Below, in pieces: positions 25,020 to 38,461 of a DNA stretch of 64,000 bases. The stretch spans positions 43,648,001 to 43,712,000 of the forward strand of contig NC_043012.1 of NCBI RefSeq assembly GCF_006345805.1, read 5' to 3'. Source of the stretch: Octopus sinensis (lineage: Eukaryota). The translations under genes were made by a program, and so were the position numbers. How positions within the stretch are numbered: position 1 is the stretch's first letter; every line of letters begins with the position of its first letter. The notes beneath the pieces are model-generated. The model saw only the letters and a list, made by a program, of their open reading frames with translations. It was not told the DNA's origin and searched no databases.

Positions 25020-26400
25020 GTAACTGTCTGAGTATATTTTCGACATAACAATCGTACGGCCTCCTTTTTCCGATCCACACTTACTCCACGCAGTACACTA
25101 GTGACCAAATTGCTCTTCCGTCATGCCAACTAACCACGTCCATTCCTATTACTACATCGACACCATCCAATACCTCATTGACAACAATCACCTTCACATT
25201 CAACGACGTTCCTTGTACCTCCAGCACCACTACGCCAACGTCTCTGCACCTAAACTCCCTATCCCCCACTGCACTCAGGCTGGTTTTTTCTCTCCAGTTC
25301 GCAACCATTTTCCCAAGGCCTCCTGCTTCCCTTGTCTCCATAACAACCTTTTTTACAGGCAGTGAACGTGGGAGTGACTAATCGGTTGTCAGGGCAACTA
25401 CCGGCGCAGTATCTTCCCTGGTCACATCGGTAACATACACTTCAGATTTTGGTTCCTTGCAATCACGACACCTAAAACACAGACCATTAAACGCCCGTTT
25501 AATCTCTTCCGCCACACTTCAGTTCTGGCTATTTGCCGCCTGCATCATTATCTTACTAGTCTCTGTCGCGTTTATCGTTCTGTGTCAACATTCGCCTCAT
25601 ATCAACCAAGTCACCCGCTGACGTTGAGCTGGTGTCCGACAGCAGCTGCTGCAGCCTCATTTAGATATGGTCGCTGGAATTCAGTCACGAAAGCCAGCTC
25701 AGCAATTCCCTTCATCACTCCACCGCTAAACTCAGCTAGCTCAGTCAGCTCATGTAGTCGTCTACTTGCTCATCCCTTTCCTTTTCCCCAGCCTGCTGCA
25801 TACGTTAAAGGCTCCTGTTTTTGCATTCTTTTGTTGCTCTTCAATCCCTTTGACTTTTAGCTGATCCGCTTCATCCCTTTCTAAATACAAATTCAGAACA
25901 CTTATTTCTATGTACAGCGGTATAAGACTGACCACATCTTGTATATCCTGCAGTTTCGCAACGTTCTTCTCTTTTTTTAATTCATGTCACCACATTACTT
26001 TAGCCGGAATACGATCTCAAAACGTCGCTACCAACCCTTATTCTCGTGTTCATATCGAACGTCAACGTTAGAAAAGAAAGGTAAAAAGAACAGATAAACA
26101 ACGTGCCGAAGTAGTTTACAGAACACAGACGAAAACTACTCTTCACGAAGATCAGAAGTATTTGTTGCATGAACCTAAACGCTTGCGCTACCCAAACTGC
26201 AGGCCAGAATCTATTATCCTTCTGAATTTGCTCTGCAAATCTGTTCACCTCGAACAGCGACTAAGAAAGAGGTGATTAATATCTTTCTCTCCTTTCTCCT
26301 TGATTCCGATCCTGATGTTACCCTTCCTTCCTCGCTTCCGGTTTTGACGACTCCCTTTACTTTTCCACAATAAACAAACCTTTTTTACGCCGAAATTATA
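25020..26400 (-). mobile_element. Gypsy-like LTR retrotransposon 5' fragment (LTR-like region, PBS-like site, decayed gag and protease)
   Basis: Minus strand: TGGTAGCGAC PBS-like site near 26030; VAKLQDIQDVVSLIPLYIE...LYLE gag-like segment; LCFRC knuckle remnant; VLDGVDVVIGMD protease C-terminus. Confidence 0.75.
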
Positions 26401-26687
26401 GTCGAAGCTAGGACTTGTATAAACTCAAAGGTACGGGGCTAATTCTGGCTGACGAGACGCAACATTTGGAAAGCCAATGTGGTAGAACACGTTGTAAAAA
26501 CAAAATATTTTCTTGTGATGTACACGACAGCCACTAACATATTTGCGTTCGAATCTGCTGGTATATATTCAAAATAACTGCGCAAGTCATCGTTTCAGAG
26601 GTCTCGCTGTACACAATAAAAATTATAGATATATATATATTACCCCACCGTATGTATCGATGTACGTATATATGCATATATACATAC

Positions 26688-27050
26688 ATAGGTGCAGGCG
26701 TGGCTGTGTGGTAAGAAGCTAGCTTGCCAACCACATGGTTCCGGATTCAGTCTCACTGCATGGACGACCAAAGCCTTGTGAGTGGATTTGTTAGACGGAA
26801 ACTGAAAGAAGTCCGTTGTATATATATATATATACATGTGTGTGTATGTATGAATATGTTTGTGTGCCTCCGTTTGTCCCCACCATCGCTTGGGTTGTCT
26901 ACGTCTCCGCAACTTAGCAGTTCGACAAAAGAGACCGATAGAATAAATACTAGGCTTACAAAGAATAAATCCTGGGGTCGATCAGTTCGACTAAAGGCGG
27001 TGCTCCAGCATGGCCGCTGTCAGATGACTGAAACAAGTAAAAGAGTAATA
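26688..27050 (+). mobile_element. SINE family B, near full length
   Basis: GGTGCAGGCGTGGCTGTGTGGTAAGAAG head, GGTTCCGGATTCAGTC, internal AT/GT tract, tail GGCGGTGCTCCAGCATGGCCGC...GACTGAAACAAGTAAAAGAG. Confidence 0.9.
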
Positions 27051-27272
27051 AAGTTATATATATATAGTTTAGTGGTATATACGATCCTGGCGGTTACTGT
27101 TTACACTTAAATCGGTTTCAAATGTCGCCTAGCCACAACGGTTCTTTAGTGATGCCTGAGTTTACAATACATTGCTAGACTCTGGTAACTACTCTCGCTT
27201 TGTAAATCCGAGCGTCCTATTCAGGACTGCATAGTTTCCGTAGGGTAATAGTATCCTTATCATTATTAATAA

Positions 27273-27564
27273 TACTAGCAGAAAGACCGCCTTCCGTGCG
27301 GTTTTCTGGTAGCCCCTTGATAATATTTTCACATTTGATTCCCAATTCTAATAATTTTTCTGATATTTTACGTCTAATTATTCCTTTGTATAATAGTGCT
27401 CACTTGCTTAGTAAATATTGCTTTCATTATTTTATCACAGTCATAATCTCTCTGTTATAAACATACATCAGAAGGAGAAGCAGTTTGTCAAGTTTTATCT
27501 TTCCCTCAAAGTAACTTAGAGATTTCAATTCAGCAGCTCATCTGTGATCTTTGCAGTGTGTGAA

Positions 27565-27603
<39 letters not shown>

Positions 27604-28900
27604 GGGAAAGAGAAGGGAGAATTAATGAAATAAACATGAAATAAAAAATTGTATTAACAAAAGAGCGTTACTACAGATGTATACGCTCACGACTTTGTTG
27701 CCTCATAACAGCCAGAAAAATGGATACTTTTTCAGAAAATTTTTTACAAATACCGCTTAGATGGCTTCAGAATATATGGAGATCTATAGGAAAGAATTTT
27801 TCCGAGGGGGTGGAGAGTGGAGTTTCAGAAAATTCACACGATCTGACTTTTTTCCCTCATAACTTTTAGGAAAATAGGTATTATTTAATGAAAGTTTATA
27901 CAGACCCTTTCAAATGGCATAAATTACAATTATAAACAAATTTTTGTAGAAAATTTTTCGGGGATTTCCCCTATTTGTTTTTTAACCACAACCTTCAAAA
28001 TGATGGGCCTGGAGGGGAGGGCATATTTTTACGAAAAATGTTTTGAAAACTCTTTTCTTTTCTTTACACCCACCTTCGTCATCATCCCCCTCCGGACCTA
28101 TTTTGGACAATTTTTTTGCACTTCAAAACCATGGGAAGAGCATTTTCGGTAAAAAAGAATTGTTAGTATTTTCAGAGGGAAAAATGAATGATCTAAAGGC
28201 GATTTGGCTGTTGTTTCCTACACATTCAACACAATATTTCCTCCCATAAATACACTTATATGCTATAAAAAAGAAAATTTGAGAAATTATGAATTTTTGG
28301 CAACCCCACTCCCTGCCCCCGATTGTTTCTATTTAGAAATTAAAATATTGGAGAGCCTAAGAAGGTCATTGCTGGCATTTACCCAGTGATTAAAAAAAAA
28401 GAGTTATGAAAATGATAGCATACTTTACGGTTAGAAATAGTATACTTAATAGCATACTTTCGGTTAGAAAATGTTTTTTCTTACACACACACACGGTTTC
28501 GCTTGGGGGTAAAATTTTAGATTACAATTTATTTTGTTGCTTATATTCCACCAATGGATCACGCGTGTTTTGCTTCGGCACTGTCATTCCATAAAATGTG
28601 TTCAATGCGAGAAAAATATTGATAGAAAATATCAATACATGTGAGAGTGAAAAGGGAGGATGGTTTGGGTTGTGCTAGAAACAACAGCGAAACCGCCTTT
28701 GAACTTGTTCACCTTTACGTCTGAAAATATTTACATTTTCTTTTTACCGGAAAGGTTCCTCCCATCGTATTTTAGTTAAAAAAGAAAATGGCCCAAATCG
28801 GTCCAGATAGTTATTATTGTAAGGCTTATAGCGTTCTAAACAGCCACAACAACAAAATCCCTTATAAATTTTCTTACAAAAATTATACGGTTATTAAAAA
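27273..28900 (+). mobile_element. Possible non-autonomous Helitron/Helentron-like element
   Basis: 5' hairpin CTAGCAGAAAGACCGC...GCGGTTTTCTGGTAG, internal (AG)n tract, AAATCGGTCCAG near the 3' end. Boundaries uncertain. Confidence 0.4.
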
Positions 28901-29307
28901 AAATTTCATTCAATAAATTATGTTTTTACACTACGTATACATTAATAGAATAAGCTGCTGGTTTTCCAAATAGCGAATCAAAACTTGAAATGAAAACATC
29001 AAAACAGAGAGTGAGAGAATTTGCAAATGAAAATGGAATACTCCTCAGTGAATGCAATGAGTATTTAAATTTCTGAAGAATTAGACGCAGTGAATGTAAT
29101 GAATATTTAAATGCGAATGCAATGAATAAATTTGCGAGAAAGTGAAGTTTAAAAATTCAATTAACTTGAGAAATCGAAATTATGGCGAATTTCTTTGAAC
29201 ATGAATTTATAAAAATATTTCTTTAATAATTGCTTTATTTTACTATTTTTAGTAACTGTTACATACCTAATTAATAAGCAGCTTTCTCCATTATAGTATA
29301 GATATAT

Positions 29308-29375
29308 AAGGCGGTGAGCTGGCAGAAACGTTAGCACGCCGAGCGAAATGCATTGTGGTATATCGTACATCTGTT
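29308..29375 (+). mobile_element. SINE family A 5' head fragment abutting an L1 5' region
   Basis: AAGGCGGTGAGCTGGCAGAAACGTTAGCACGCCGAGCGAAATGC. Confidence 0.85.
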
Positions 29376-29379
29376 ACTG

Positions 29380-30987
29380 AAAATTTATTGTTGGAGTGTG
29401 TGCGTAAGTGTCTATTAATTGTTATAATTCTTGTTGGACTTATTGTTGAAATAAGTGTAGTATAGTTTTCTTTCGAAAGCTATCTGTGGTTTTCCCTCGT
29501 GGGGAAAACATTTGTTGCCGGCAGGATGCCGAAAAGTTCGTGTTCTTCGTCGGGGGAGAATCGATTGAAAGTGAAGCAAAAAAAATAGAAAGCTTAATTT
29601 TTGACAACGTTTCTGATGTGTCAGAAACCGAATTTCCAACAGTTACGAACACCAATAGGAAGACAGAAATGAAGAAAAGTTTTGCATCAGCGGCTGATGG
29701 TGGATCGCGACAGCTGTCAACTGACATAAAAGAATATTTAAAATATAAAGATATGATAACAGAACGAGATGGAATAGTAAAAGTTGAAATACCAGAAGAA
29801 GAATTAACGGAGGAAAAAAAGAAAATCATTATTTTAAAGACATTTTGTTTAAAAGCACGTAAAATTGATAAATATGTGAACAAAAAATTGAAAAATGTCT
29901 AAAACCCATCTGGCAGGACATTACATATCTAGCCAGAGGGAAGAAGTTTGGAACCATCGTTGTGAGGTTCCAGAATGCAGAAACGGCACAAAAACACTCT
30001 ATAAAATCTTTAGAGTCGGAAGACACTGTGTTAATCCCAATTTACATGGGAATGAGAACGTCAAAAGTGAGAATACTTAGAATTCCACCCGAAGTAAACC
30101 CTATGTGCTTGATGGCGGCGGTCCTGGCAAACAGGGAAGATAGTATTAACCTCCTGCAGGCTACTGTCACAGAAAATACTTATTGAACAGGTCAAACGCT
30201 TAACATTATATTGCAGGCTAACCAAAAATTTTAGAACAGCTCCCAGAAATCGTGGAAGTAGGGGAGGAAGTTCTGAATATTTTTGTCGAGGGGCGTAAGC
30301 CCCGATGTTTCCAGTGTGACCAACTGGGTCACATTAAAAAATATTGTAAAGAAGGTGTAGAAGAATCAGACGACGAGGAGGAAGAAAGAGAGAGAGAAAC
30401 GGAAGAAAAAATAAACAATAAAAGGAAAATGGAAGGATCGAATCAGCAAAAGTAGAGCGAGTCGAGACCCCCCCCCCAAAAAAAAAAGCATCAGGAGAGA
30501 CAGACCGAGGAAGGCGGATGAGGTAACGAACAGAGGAATAGCTGCACTATACAGTAAAAGCGAAGATTTAATGCAGGAAATAAAAACCAAAAAATCACCA
30601 ACTCGATTAATTGAACTGTCAGAGAAATATAGAAACTACGAAGTTTACGAATTGGACGAAAAAACGTACAATATGTTGGCTAACACATATAGAAAATCGG
30701 TCTCAGTATGGCAACTTGATTTTCACCAATCCATGTTTGAGGGCTTACCATCTCCGACCCTAAGTCAACAAAAGGTGGAGAATCCCTCTCCACAAGGTAA
30801 GTCATGTCTATTCACATTGGTTGTATAAATGTTCGCGGCTTGATGTCAAGCTGGAAGCAAGAATACTTCTTAAATGACATCAGGTCGAAAAATTTGGGTG
30901 TAATTGTTGCACTGGAAACCTGAGTGAAAGGGCTAAGAGATCTGCTCCCCCTCTTGAATGGCTACGAAAAATACGCTTCTCCGAGTC
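29380..30987 (+). mobile_element. Tx1/L1-like 5' half: decayed ORF1 with CCHC knuckle and the start of the ORF2 APE endonuclease
   Basis: RKPRCFQCDQLGHIKKYC knuckle at ~30295-30350; MSIHIGCINVRGL...LGVIVALET endonuclease motif from ~30804. Confidence 0.85.
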
Positions 30988-31350
30988 GGAAATTGGGGAG
31001 GGGCAGTAGATTAGATTGTCCCAAGTGCGCAACTGGTACTTAATTTATCGACCCCGAAAGGATGAAAGGCAAAGTCGACCTCGACGGAATTTGAACTCAG
31101 AACGTAATGGCAGACGAAATACCTATTTCTTTACTACCCACAAGGGGCTAAACATAGAGGGGACAAACAAGGACAGACAAACGGATTAAGTCGATTATAT
31201 CGACACCAGTGCGTAACTGGTACTTATTTAATCGACCCTGAAAGGATGAAAGGCAAAGTCGACCTCGGCGGAATTTGAACTCAGAACGTAGCGGCAGACG
31301 AAATACCAATTTCTTTATTGCCTACCGGGGGCCAAACATAGAAATGGACA
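30988..31350 (-). mobile_element. SINE family A head-to-tail multimer
   Basis: Units lacking the 5' ~50 nt are joined by ...AAAGAAAT(A/T)G|GTATTTCGTCTGCC at ~31122 and ~31306. Confidence 0.9.
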
Positions 31351-31379
31351 GAACAACTGATGGGAAAAGTGAAGCGATA

Positions 31380-32960
31380 TGATTTTACATATATTGTGAC
31401 TTGAAAAATTTAAATACAATATATAAAAAATCGAATGGAATTAACAATACAAATGAACCGATGATCAGGCCACGCTCCGACCCCACAAGCCCCGATTTAC
31501 CGCTGGTGCCTTTTTTTCTGTTTTTCTTTCGTCTATTCACACGGTTCCTTGCACGCACAACACTCGTGCAACATGCTCCCATCTCTTTTGGAACGTACAT
31601 TCCGACAGACACATCTTCTCCAGCCACAGCTTCCTTTTCAAATGAAAAGAAAAAAATGAACGTAAATTGTGGCCAGAGATAAAGTTGCTTGTCTTAATTC
31701 CTTTTATCTTAGTCTTCCATACTGCCTCTTTTGCTATTGCTACAACCACGAGAAAACAATTCTTACCTTCTTTCGTTAAAACTCCCGGTGGGTCAATTTT
31801 TATAATTGACTCTGTCGACAGCTGTACTCTTCCTTCGCCGGACAACAGGTGTTCAGCATGAGCCCACATTTCAGTTATCTCCGGACACTGAACAATAACG
31901 TGAAGGACGTTTTCCCTATCCCCACCCCACATCTTGGACAGGTCGGTGACTGACTTTTACCATGTCTTGCGAGCTTATCCCAAACGGGCAAGGCACCTCT
32001 GTAGCATTGCCTGGTTAAAGACTTTTAGAAGTTGTCCAACGTTCTCAGAATCAGGCTGTCCAGTTGAATAAATCCGAGACCTAGAGTTATCCCCAGGCCA
32101 TCGTCGCATTCAGACTCTACCAACCCAGCGTCGGAATAGCAAGAGGGCCTTACGGCACTCTTTATGCCACTCACTCGATCTCGGTCTACGAGAACACCAG
32201 GCTTCCTGTTCGCAACAACTTTTGAACTCGAGGAACATTTGTTTGGCCAGCAGAGACCACATCCGTTCACTACCCAGGAAAATCTAGAAGTGCCTCAACC
32301 TCAACGCATGTCTGCGCATCATTAACCAATGCATCCCTAAACCTCCCTTTAAAGGCTTTTGACAGCAGACAGAGCGTTTCACAAGTGGCGACCTGCCCTT
32401 CCACAAAAAGCGAAAGAGCTGTCTCTCCAACCTGATCAACCACGAATCCGGACAGGGCACGACGGTCAGGCGGTAGGTAATGACCGATGCGATAAACACA
32501 TTGGCCACCTCCGCCCTCCCTTTCAGGGATAGCCACCACCAAGACCAGGTCTTGATTACTGCAGCCACCCTGCTCAATACCTTCGTCCAGTTCTTCTCTA
32601 TCTGGAGGCCTGGTTCAAACCAAACTCCCAGCAACTTAACCGGTTCCTCCGTCCACGCCCAACAACGCTGTCTGAAGGCATCGACTTGCCAACCCAGGTG
32701 CCGAGCTGCAAGCCGACCGACTTTTAACGGTTAATCTTTGCTCCTCGTAAGCCTCAATAATCTTACCCACTTCACGTAGGCGTACTACTGAGGTTACGCT
32801 GATAGTGATATCATCCGCGTAAGCCGTAACAAACTCCTCTAGACCTGGTTCTCTCGGGATGCCACTCAACCTTCGCAGTAAGGGCTCTAGAGCCATCACA
32901 TACAAAAGTGGTGAGAGCGGACATACTTGACGAACCGATCGTCTAATGCAGAAAGAAGAA
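31380..32960 (-). mobile_element. Tx1/L1-like 3' half: RT, C-terminal Cys domain and 3' UTR
   Basis: VRQVCPLSPLLYVMALEPLLR, AYADDITI, LSLKGRAEVAN, RQLFRFLW, ENVLHVIVQC. Confidence 0.92.
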
Positions 32961-33147
32961 CTTGGACAAAGAAACAACCTACTGTTTGTTGGTTACATAT
33001 TTAACCGGTAGATTAAGACCCAAAAATAAAAGAGATATTGAGCCAGTGTGTGCGTTTATTATTGGTGTAATGACCCTCCCAAGACACAAGATTTTTTCAA
33101 CACACACGAATTCACATCAAAATGTTGCAAATCAAATACAAATATGA

Positions 33148-33192
<45 letters not shown>

Positions 33193-33195
<3 letters not shown>

Positions 33196-33503
33196 CGTGA
33201 TCACCGTGACCGACCAGGCTATCAAATGTTGCTACACATCGCTGATCACAATGCGCTTCGCATTGTTTTAGCATTAAAATGACGCCACCCCGCTGGCTAA
33301 GCGAGCAGGCCAACAGAAGAAAGAGTGAGGGAAAGTTGTGGCGAAAGAGTACAGCAGGGATCGCCACTACCTCCTGCCGGAGCCGCGTGGAGCTTTAGGT
33401 GTTTTCGCTCAAATAAACACTCACAACGCTCGGTCTGGGAATCGAAACCGCCATCTTACAACCGAGAGTCTGCTGCCCTAATCACTGGGCCATTGCGCCT
33501 CCA
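33193..33503 (-). mobile_element. tRNA-derived SINE (family E), full length
   Basis: Minus-strand head TGGAGGCGCAATGGCCCAGTGATTAGG (A box) and GTTTCGATTCC (B box); tail ends in GGTCACGGTGATCACGGTG next to an (AT)n tract. Confidence 0.85.
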
Positions 33504-34189
33504 CTATACATATATACACACAAATAAGAAAATGGAGGAACAAATTCATTTCTAACATCAACTTTCATATCATTTATTAATCATATAAATAGGAACATGA
33601 AAATTGAACAAAACAATATACATCAATATGCAAATTAATAACACCGTAAGAATAATATAAATAAACTGCTCCTTACAGCTGTTTCAGCCCATAGATAAAA
33701 GCATCTCATTCTGCCTATTTTAGTCAAATGTATTGAGGTAATAGACAGTTGAAAATGAGGTACTTATATATAACTCAAAGCCTCGTCAGAGATTATAAAA
33801 TACAATCATAAAAATACAAATATAAATATGAAACAAAATACACACACATTTGAATATATATATATATGTATATATACAGACATATATTTTACCTTCACCC
33901 ATCCAATACAATAAATGAATTAATTGCATTGCAATTATAAGCATTTATGTATTTAGTATTTGGGTGCTTCACCAGCAATATATTGGATAACTGATATCCC
34001 ATAGTGGGTTACCCTCATAACCCCTATCTTACTTTGTACTATATATATATATATATATATATGATTTGATTTGATTTTGATTTTTCCAGTTTCAGCTAAT
34101 GAGCTGTGGCCATGCTGTGGCACCGCCAATATATCTATATATATATATATTTATATATATTAGTCAAAAATTATCAGCACTTTCACCAA

Positions 34190-34470
34190 AACTTTCATTA
34201 GGCTGACCGCACAGGTTTCAGTCAGTGTCAATTTGGTGGAACACCCTGCATACACTCTTCCGACTATAGCCTCTCTGGCCTGCTCAGATATCCCTTACGG
34301 GGTCGCCGATTTGCTACGAACGAAGAAGCACAGGAAGCGGTGTATAAATGATTAAGCGACCAGCCGAAAACCTTCTCTGATGGAATAGGCAAAACTGTGG
34401 ATCAATGGAAGAGGTGCATCGAAAAGCAAGGAGACTATGTCGGAAACCGATGTAAATGTTCAATCCTTGC
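34190..34470 (+). mobile_element. Mariner transposase C-terminal remnant
   Basis: EHPAY...RGRRFATNEEAQEAVYK*LSDQPKTF...QWKRCIEKQGDYV (with frameshifts). Confidence 0.85.
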
Positions 34471-35559
34471 ATTTGTTTTAAAAAATTACAGAAACAAGAC
34501 AGCATAATATTTGTTACTTACCCTCGTATATGGCCGAACGACCCTCCTGAGGTACAATATGTATATATTTGTTTACACACACATCCGCGCGCGCGCGCAT
34601 AGACATGTATGTATATATGTCACAATAACCAGATTGCGTTTTACAAGTAAAAACAAAACAAAACAAAATCAAGAAATAGCACTTATGTATGAGCCGGAAC
34701 GAATAATATAAATACGCTAAAAGAAGGTTGTCTCGCTGTCAACAACTTCAAGATGCCAGCATGGTTGCGTCAACATTTAGTAGAATCCATTTGGAAATAG
34801 AAAGTTTATAACGATGTATGTACACACATATGACATACATGTCTGCACCTACTTCCACCCAAGAATACATTCGTCCACGACTGCGCTTACTTATATATAT
34901 ATACTTTACATATATTTATATTTACAAGCAAATTTATGTTGAAATGTATTGACTGCTTTATGCTAATCATTTGTGTTAGTAATCTATATACATACATATG
35001 GATATATATTCATCCACATAACTATTTCATAGAACTATACATATATAAAGGTATAGTTTCCATAACACACTTATACACGCACGCATGCACATATAGAGTT
35101 TTTATCTATGTTTATATTCAATAAACCATAGACATAAATTCCCATCTGGGTGAAACCACAGTACTATTGAATACCGATATCTTTTTCCATATTACATTGT
35201 AAAAGTTTATCAAATGTTTAGAGCTCTGATATAAAGTATGCTATAATATCGGAAAGACATTTGGGCGCTGTTATCTTAGTTATAATCAAACGCTATAGTT
35301 TAATTTAATACAAAACAAAAAGGGTTTCGGCTTGTATCGATTCTCTACTTTGCCTGCTGTGTATTAGAAACGCATATTTTCTGACGGTATTGTTTATAAA
35401 ATTGCAGTGAATACTTTTGTGGAGATGAGCAATATTGGCGAGGAAAAAACAAAGTAGTAGATGGTTTTTAATTTCAAGCGGTTAAACAATATCTTGGTTT
35501 ATGCAATCAATACTTCATGTGTGGAATTCTGGATACGGAAACTGTGAAGAATCCTGTTG

Positions 35560-35790
35560 TGTATGTATGTGAGTGTGTCTGTATATATGCGTGTGTGTAT
35601 GTTTGAGTGTGTCTGTATATATGCGTGTGTGTATGCGTGAGTGTGTCTGTATATATGCGTGCGTGTATGTGTTGGTGTGTCTGTATATATGCGTGTGTAT
35701 GTGTGAGTGTGACTGTATATATGCGTGTGTGTATTTGTGAGTGTGCCTGTATATATGCGTGTGTGTATATATGCGTGTGTGTATGTGCGC
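35560..35790. repeat. Minisatellite with ~28-bp unit (GAGTGTGTCTGTATATATGCGTGTGTGTATGT-like)
   Basis: Directly visible tandem units built from dinucleotide motifs. Confidence 0.9.
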
Positions 35791-36269
35791 GCACGTTTAT
35801 GCTTACCTTCCAAAAATACTGTTCTTTCTGTTTGCCTATAACGTAAGTTGGACAAAAACCTTGCAGCTATTATCTCAGCAGGGCTGCATTCTAATGAGTA
35901 AAATCAGTAGAATAGTTTTTAAAGAAACTATAGGATATAACTTCCCTTCCGAGGAAAGAAATGCATAAAGATTATTTTCTTCTACTCTTCAGAAAGCATC
36001 TCTGTGCCAGGCTAGCTTTTGAAATTACTATAGTAGAAAGTCAATATTTCTAAAGTTCACTATAGAATTGCTCGTACATTTTTAATATATTTTCTGTGTG
36101 GAAATTTGTATAAGTATACATATAAAAGATGGTAAATATGCATATATAAATGTCTTTAAGTGCACATGTTTTCTAGGATTAGAATATGTGTGTGTAGGTT
36201 GTGTATGTGTGCATGTAGTATGGTGCATCCTATGTCAAAGTTTGCAATCAATACCTATATATTGGGGAT

Positions 36270-36760
36270 ATATATTCAGTACCAGGTGTTGATATGTTTG
36301 CGTGTATATTATTACCAGAGTTGATATAGAGATGAAAAATAGATTCAAGAACTATAAAAATATATTTTATTTACTGGTCGATGATAATACATAATCAAAA
36401 TGTAGAATCTGGTTGAATGAAGAATCTATGCAAGAAAATTCAGAGATAGGAGATATAGAAATAACAGCTAAGTGGTGGCTTTCAGTCATGTGGCGTAGAG
36501 AAATAGACGGACATAGCAATGACGTGAATGGCTCAGAGCCTAGTCGACTAAGAAACAAGGAGCAGGGTTAGCAAGCTGTTTTTATTAATGGAACGCTAGA
36601 CATTCTAGAAACTTCCAAGAGAAAGGCTAAGCTTCCTGAATAATTAAGAATCACGTCTCATGACACAGATGCTTCGATAAACTTAGACAAGGAGGTTACT
36701 CTATTATCTTTCTTGCAAGGGAGATCATTCAACTATCTAGCTACCGCTACACACCCCCTA
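36270..36760 (+). repeat. ~490-bp local duplication, copy 1
   Basis: Highly similar to 38462-38935. Confidence 0.95.
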
Positions 36761-36897
36761 GGCAGAGGTAACGGTGTATAATATGAAAATAATAAAAATG
36801 TATACATCATAAAATGTCAAAAACTGATGAAAACAGAAGGGAATAAATGCAATATTTCAGGTCCAAAGTGAAGAATCAATGTTCAAACTTCTGTAAC

Positions 36898-36957
<60 letters not shown>

Positions 36958-38374
36958 AATATAGATGTAGAGAACATTGTGCATGTCGGGAAACAGAATG
37001 CAAGGAAATGCATAGAGAACAGGATTTATTCGTGTGAGTCCGAATAGCAGTGTCGTTTTGCGCGCGCAGAATGCAGAAAATGCCAGTCAGAGCGTGACTG
37101 ACGCAGTGTGTGTGCACATGAGTGGCAAAAAACGACAGTGACATCCTGACGCGTTGCAAGTGACAGGCAACTTTCTATTTATAACGTGACCATCTAGGGG
37201 TCTAATAGAGTTAAATTGTGTCTTACAAGGGTGTGGTGAGCATGAGAAAGCAACCCAAAAGTATGGTATCTGGTGCATCTGTATAACTGGGTGTATGCAT
37301 GCAAGTATGTGTGCGAACGTTGAGACAATCTTATTAAATATACAGAATATTCGTAAAAAATATGTACGTAAATAGGATGATGGACTTGCAGTGGTAAAAC
37401 CGGTGTAAGCCATACACTGAACAAAGCAGGATGTTGAAATGAGCTGGTTACAAAATGTCGCGAAATGGATACGATGTTGTGTGAAGATTGGCAAATGGTG
37501 ATCCCAAAAGGTGGCGATAGCGAATAGCAATCATGACAGGGAACCGAGTTTAAAAGTAATGTACAGAACTATCGAGAAACGTTGACTCAAAGTGCATGCC
37601 AAAAGTGCGAGAAAGAAGATACAAACTGACAAAATCTGATCCAAAAATTCAAACTTCTTGTAATTTCTAAGGAACGGAGCTAAAGAAAAGTGGCGAATAA
37701 TGTGGGATGAAAAAGTTGCCGTACAGTTGAAAAAGTGTCAAGCTTCCTCGTTCTCTGGCCGTGAGAAACGGAGAAATGACTTTTGAAATAGTCAAAAATT
37801 CACAACAGCAGTATTAAGCGATAAATATGTGACGAAATTGTAAACTTGACGCAAACAGCAGATCAAAAGAACCGAAGTTGGTACGAGGGAGGATCATGGT
37901 GGTAAGACAACTCGTCATAGATGTCGAAAGCAGCGAAAGGAACTGGAAAATAGCTGTCGTAGTTACAAGAAACTGATTTGCTTAGAAATAAACATTGGTA
38001 GGAAATTAACTCAGCAAATACGAGTATAAGATTTGATTGCCATTTCTAGCAGAAGGTGTTGTAAACGACGTTATCAAAGCTCAGGAGTAGTAGTGAGAGT
38101 TGATAAATGTACGTCAAAATCTTTCTCACAGTCCATATTCTGAAAGATGAAAAGTAGCTGTAACAGAAGGAGTTTTCTCCCCGGAAAATTGTTTTGCAAT
38201 ATGCCAGATAATGATATTATAACATGGAAACCAGAATTAATTGACAAATGTTACTAATTTTGCTGTTAACAAATATTTAAGATTTTTAACGTAGTGGCAT
38301 AATGATTGGTTATTTTGGTAGCTGGACAAATATTTTCTTTTGCAAAAGTTTCTATAGTTGGTCGCATATATTTC

Positions 38375-38430
<56 letters not shown>

Positions 38431-38461
38431 CACGTCGGGGTCACCAATTTATATCATGGGA

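Noticed and set aside
24443-25108. Long ORFs of 170-220 aa (and similar poly-I/N/L/T/H/YI ORFs throughout)
   Set aside because: They are translations of microsatellites with no coding signal.
33440-33503. tRNA-like sequence (also SINE heads at 424, 13600, 40130)
   Set aside because: A and B boxes are present but lead into SINE bodies without a full cloverleaf; not tRNA genes.
35560-35790. Regular ~28-bp repeats as a possible CRISPR array (also 57496-57590)
   Set aside because: No unique spacers, no cas genes, eukaryotic context.
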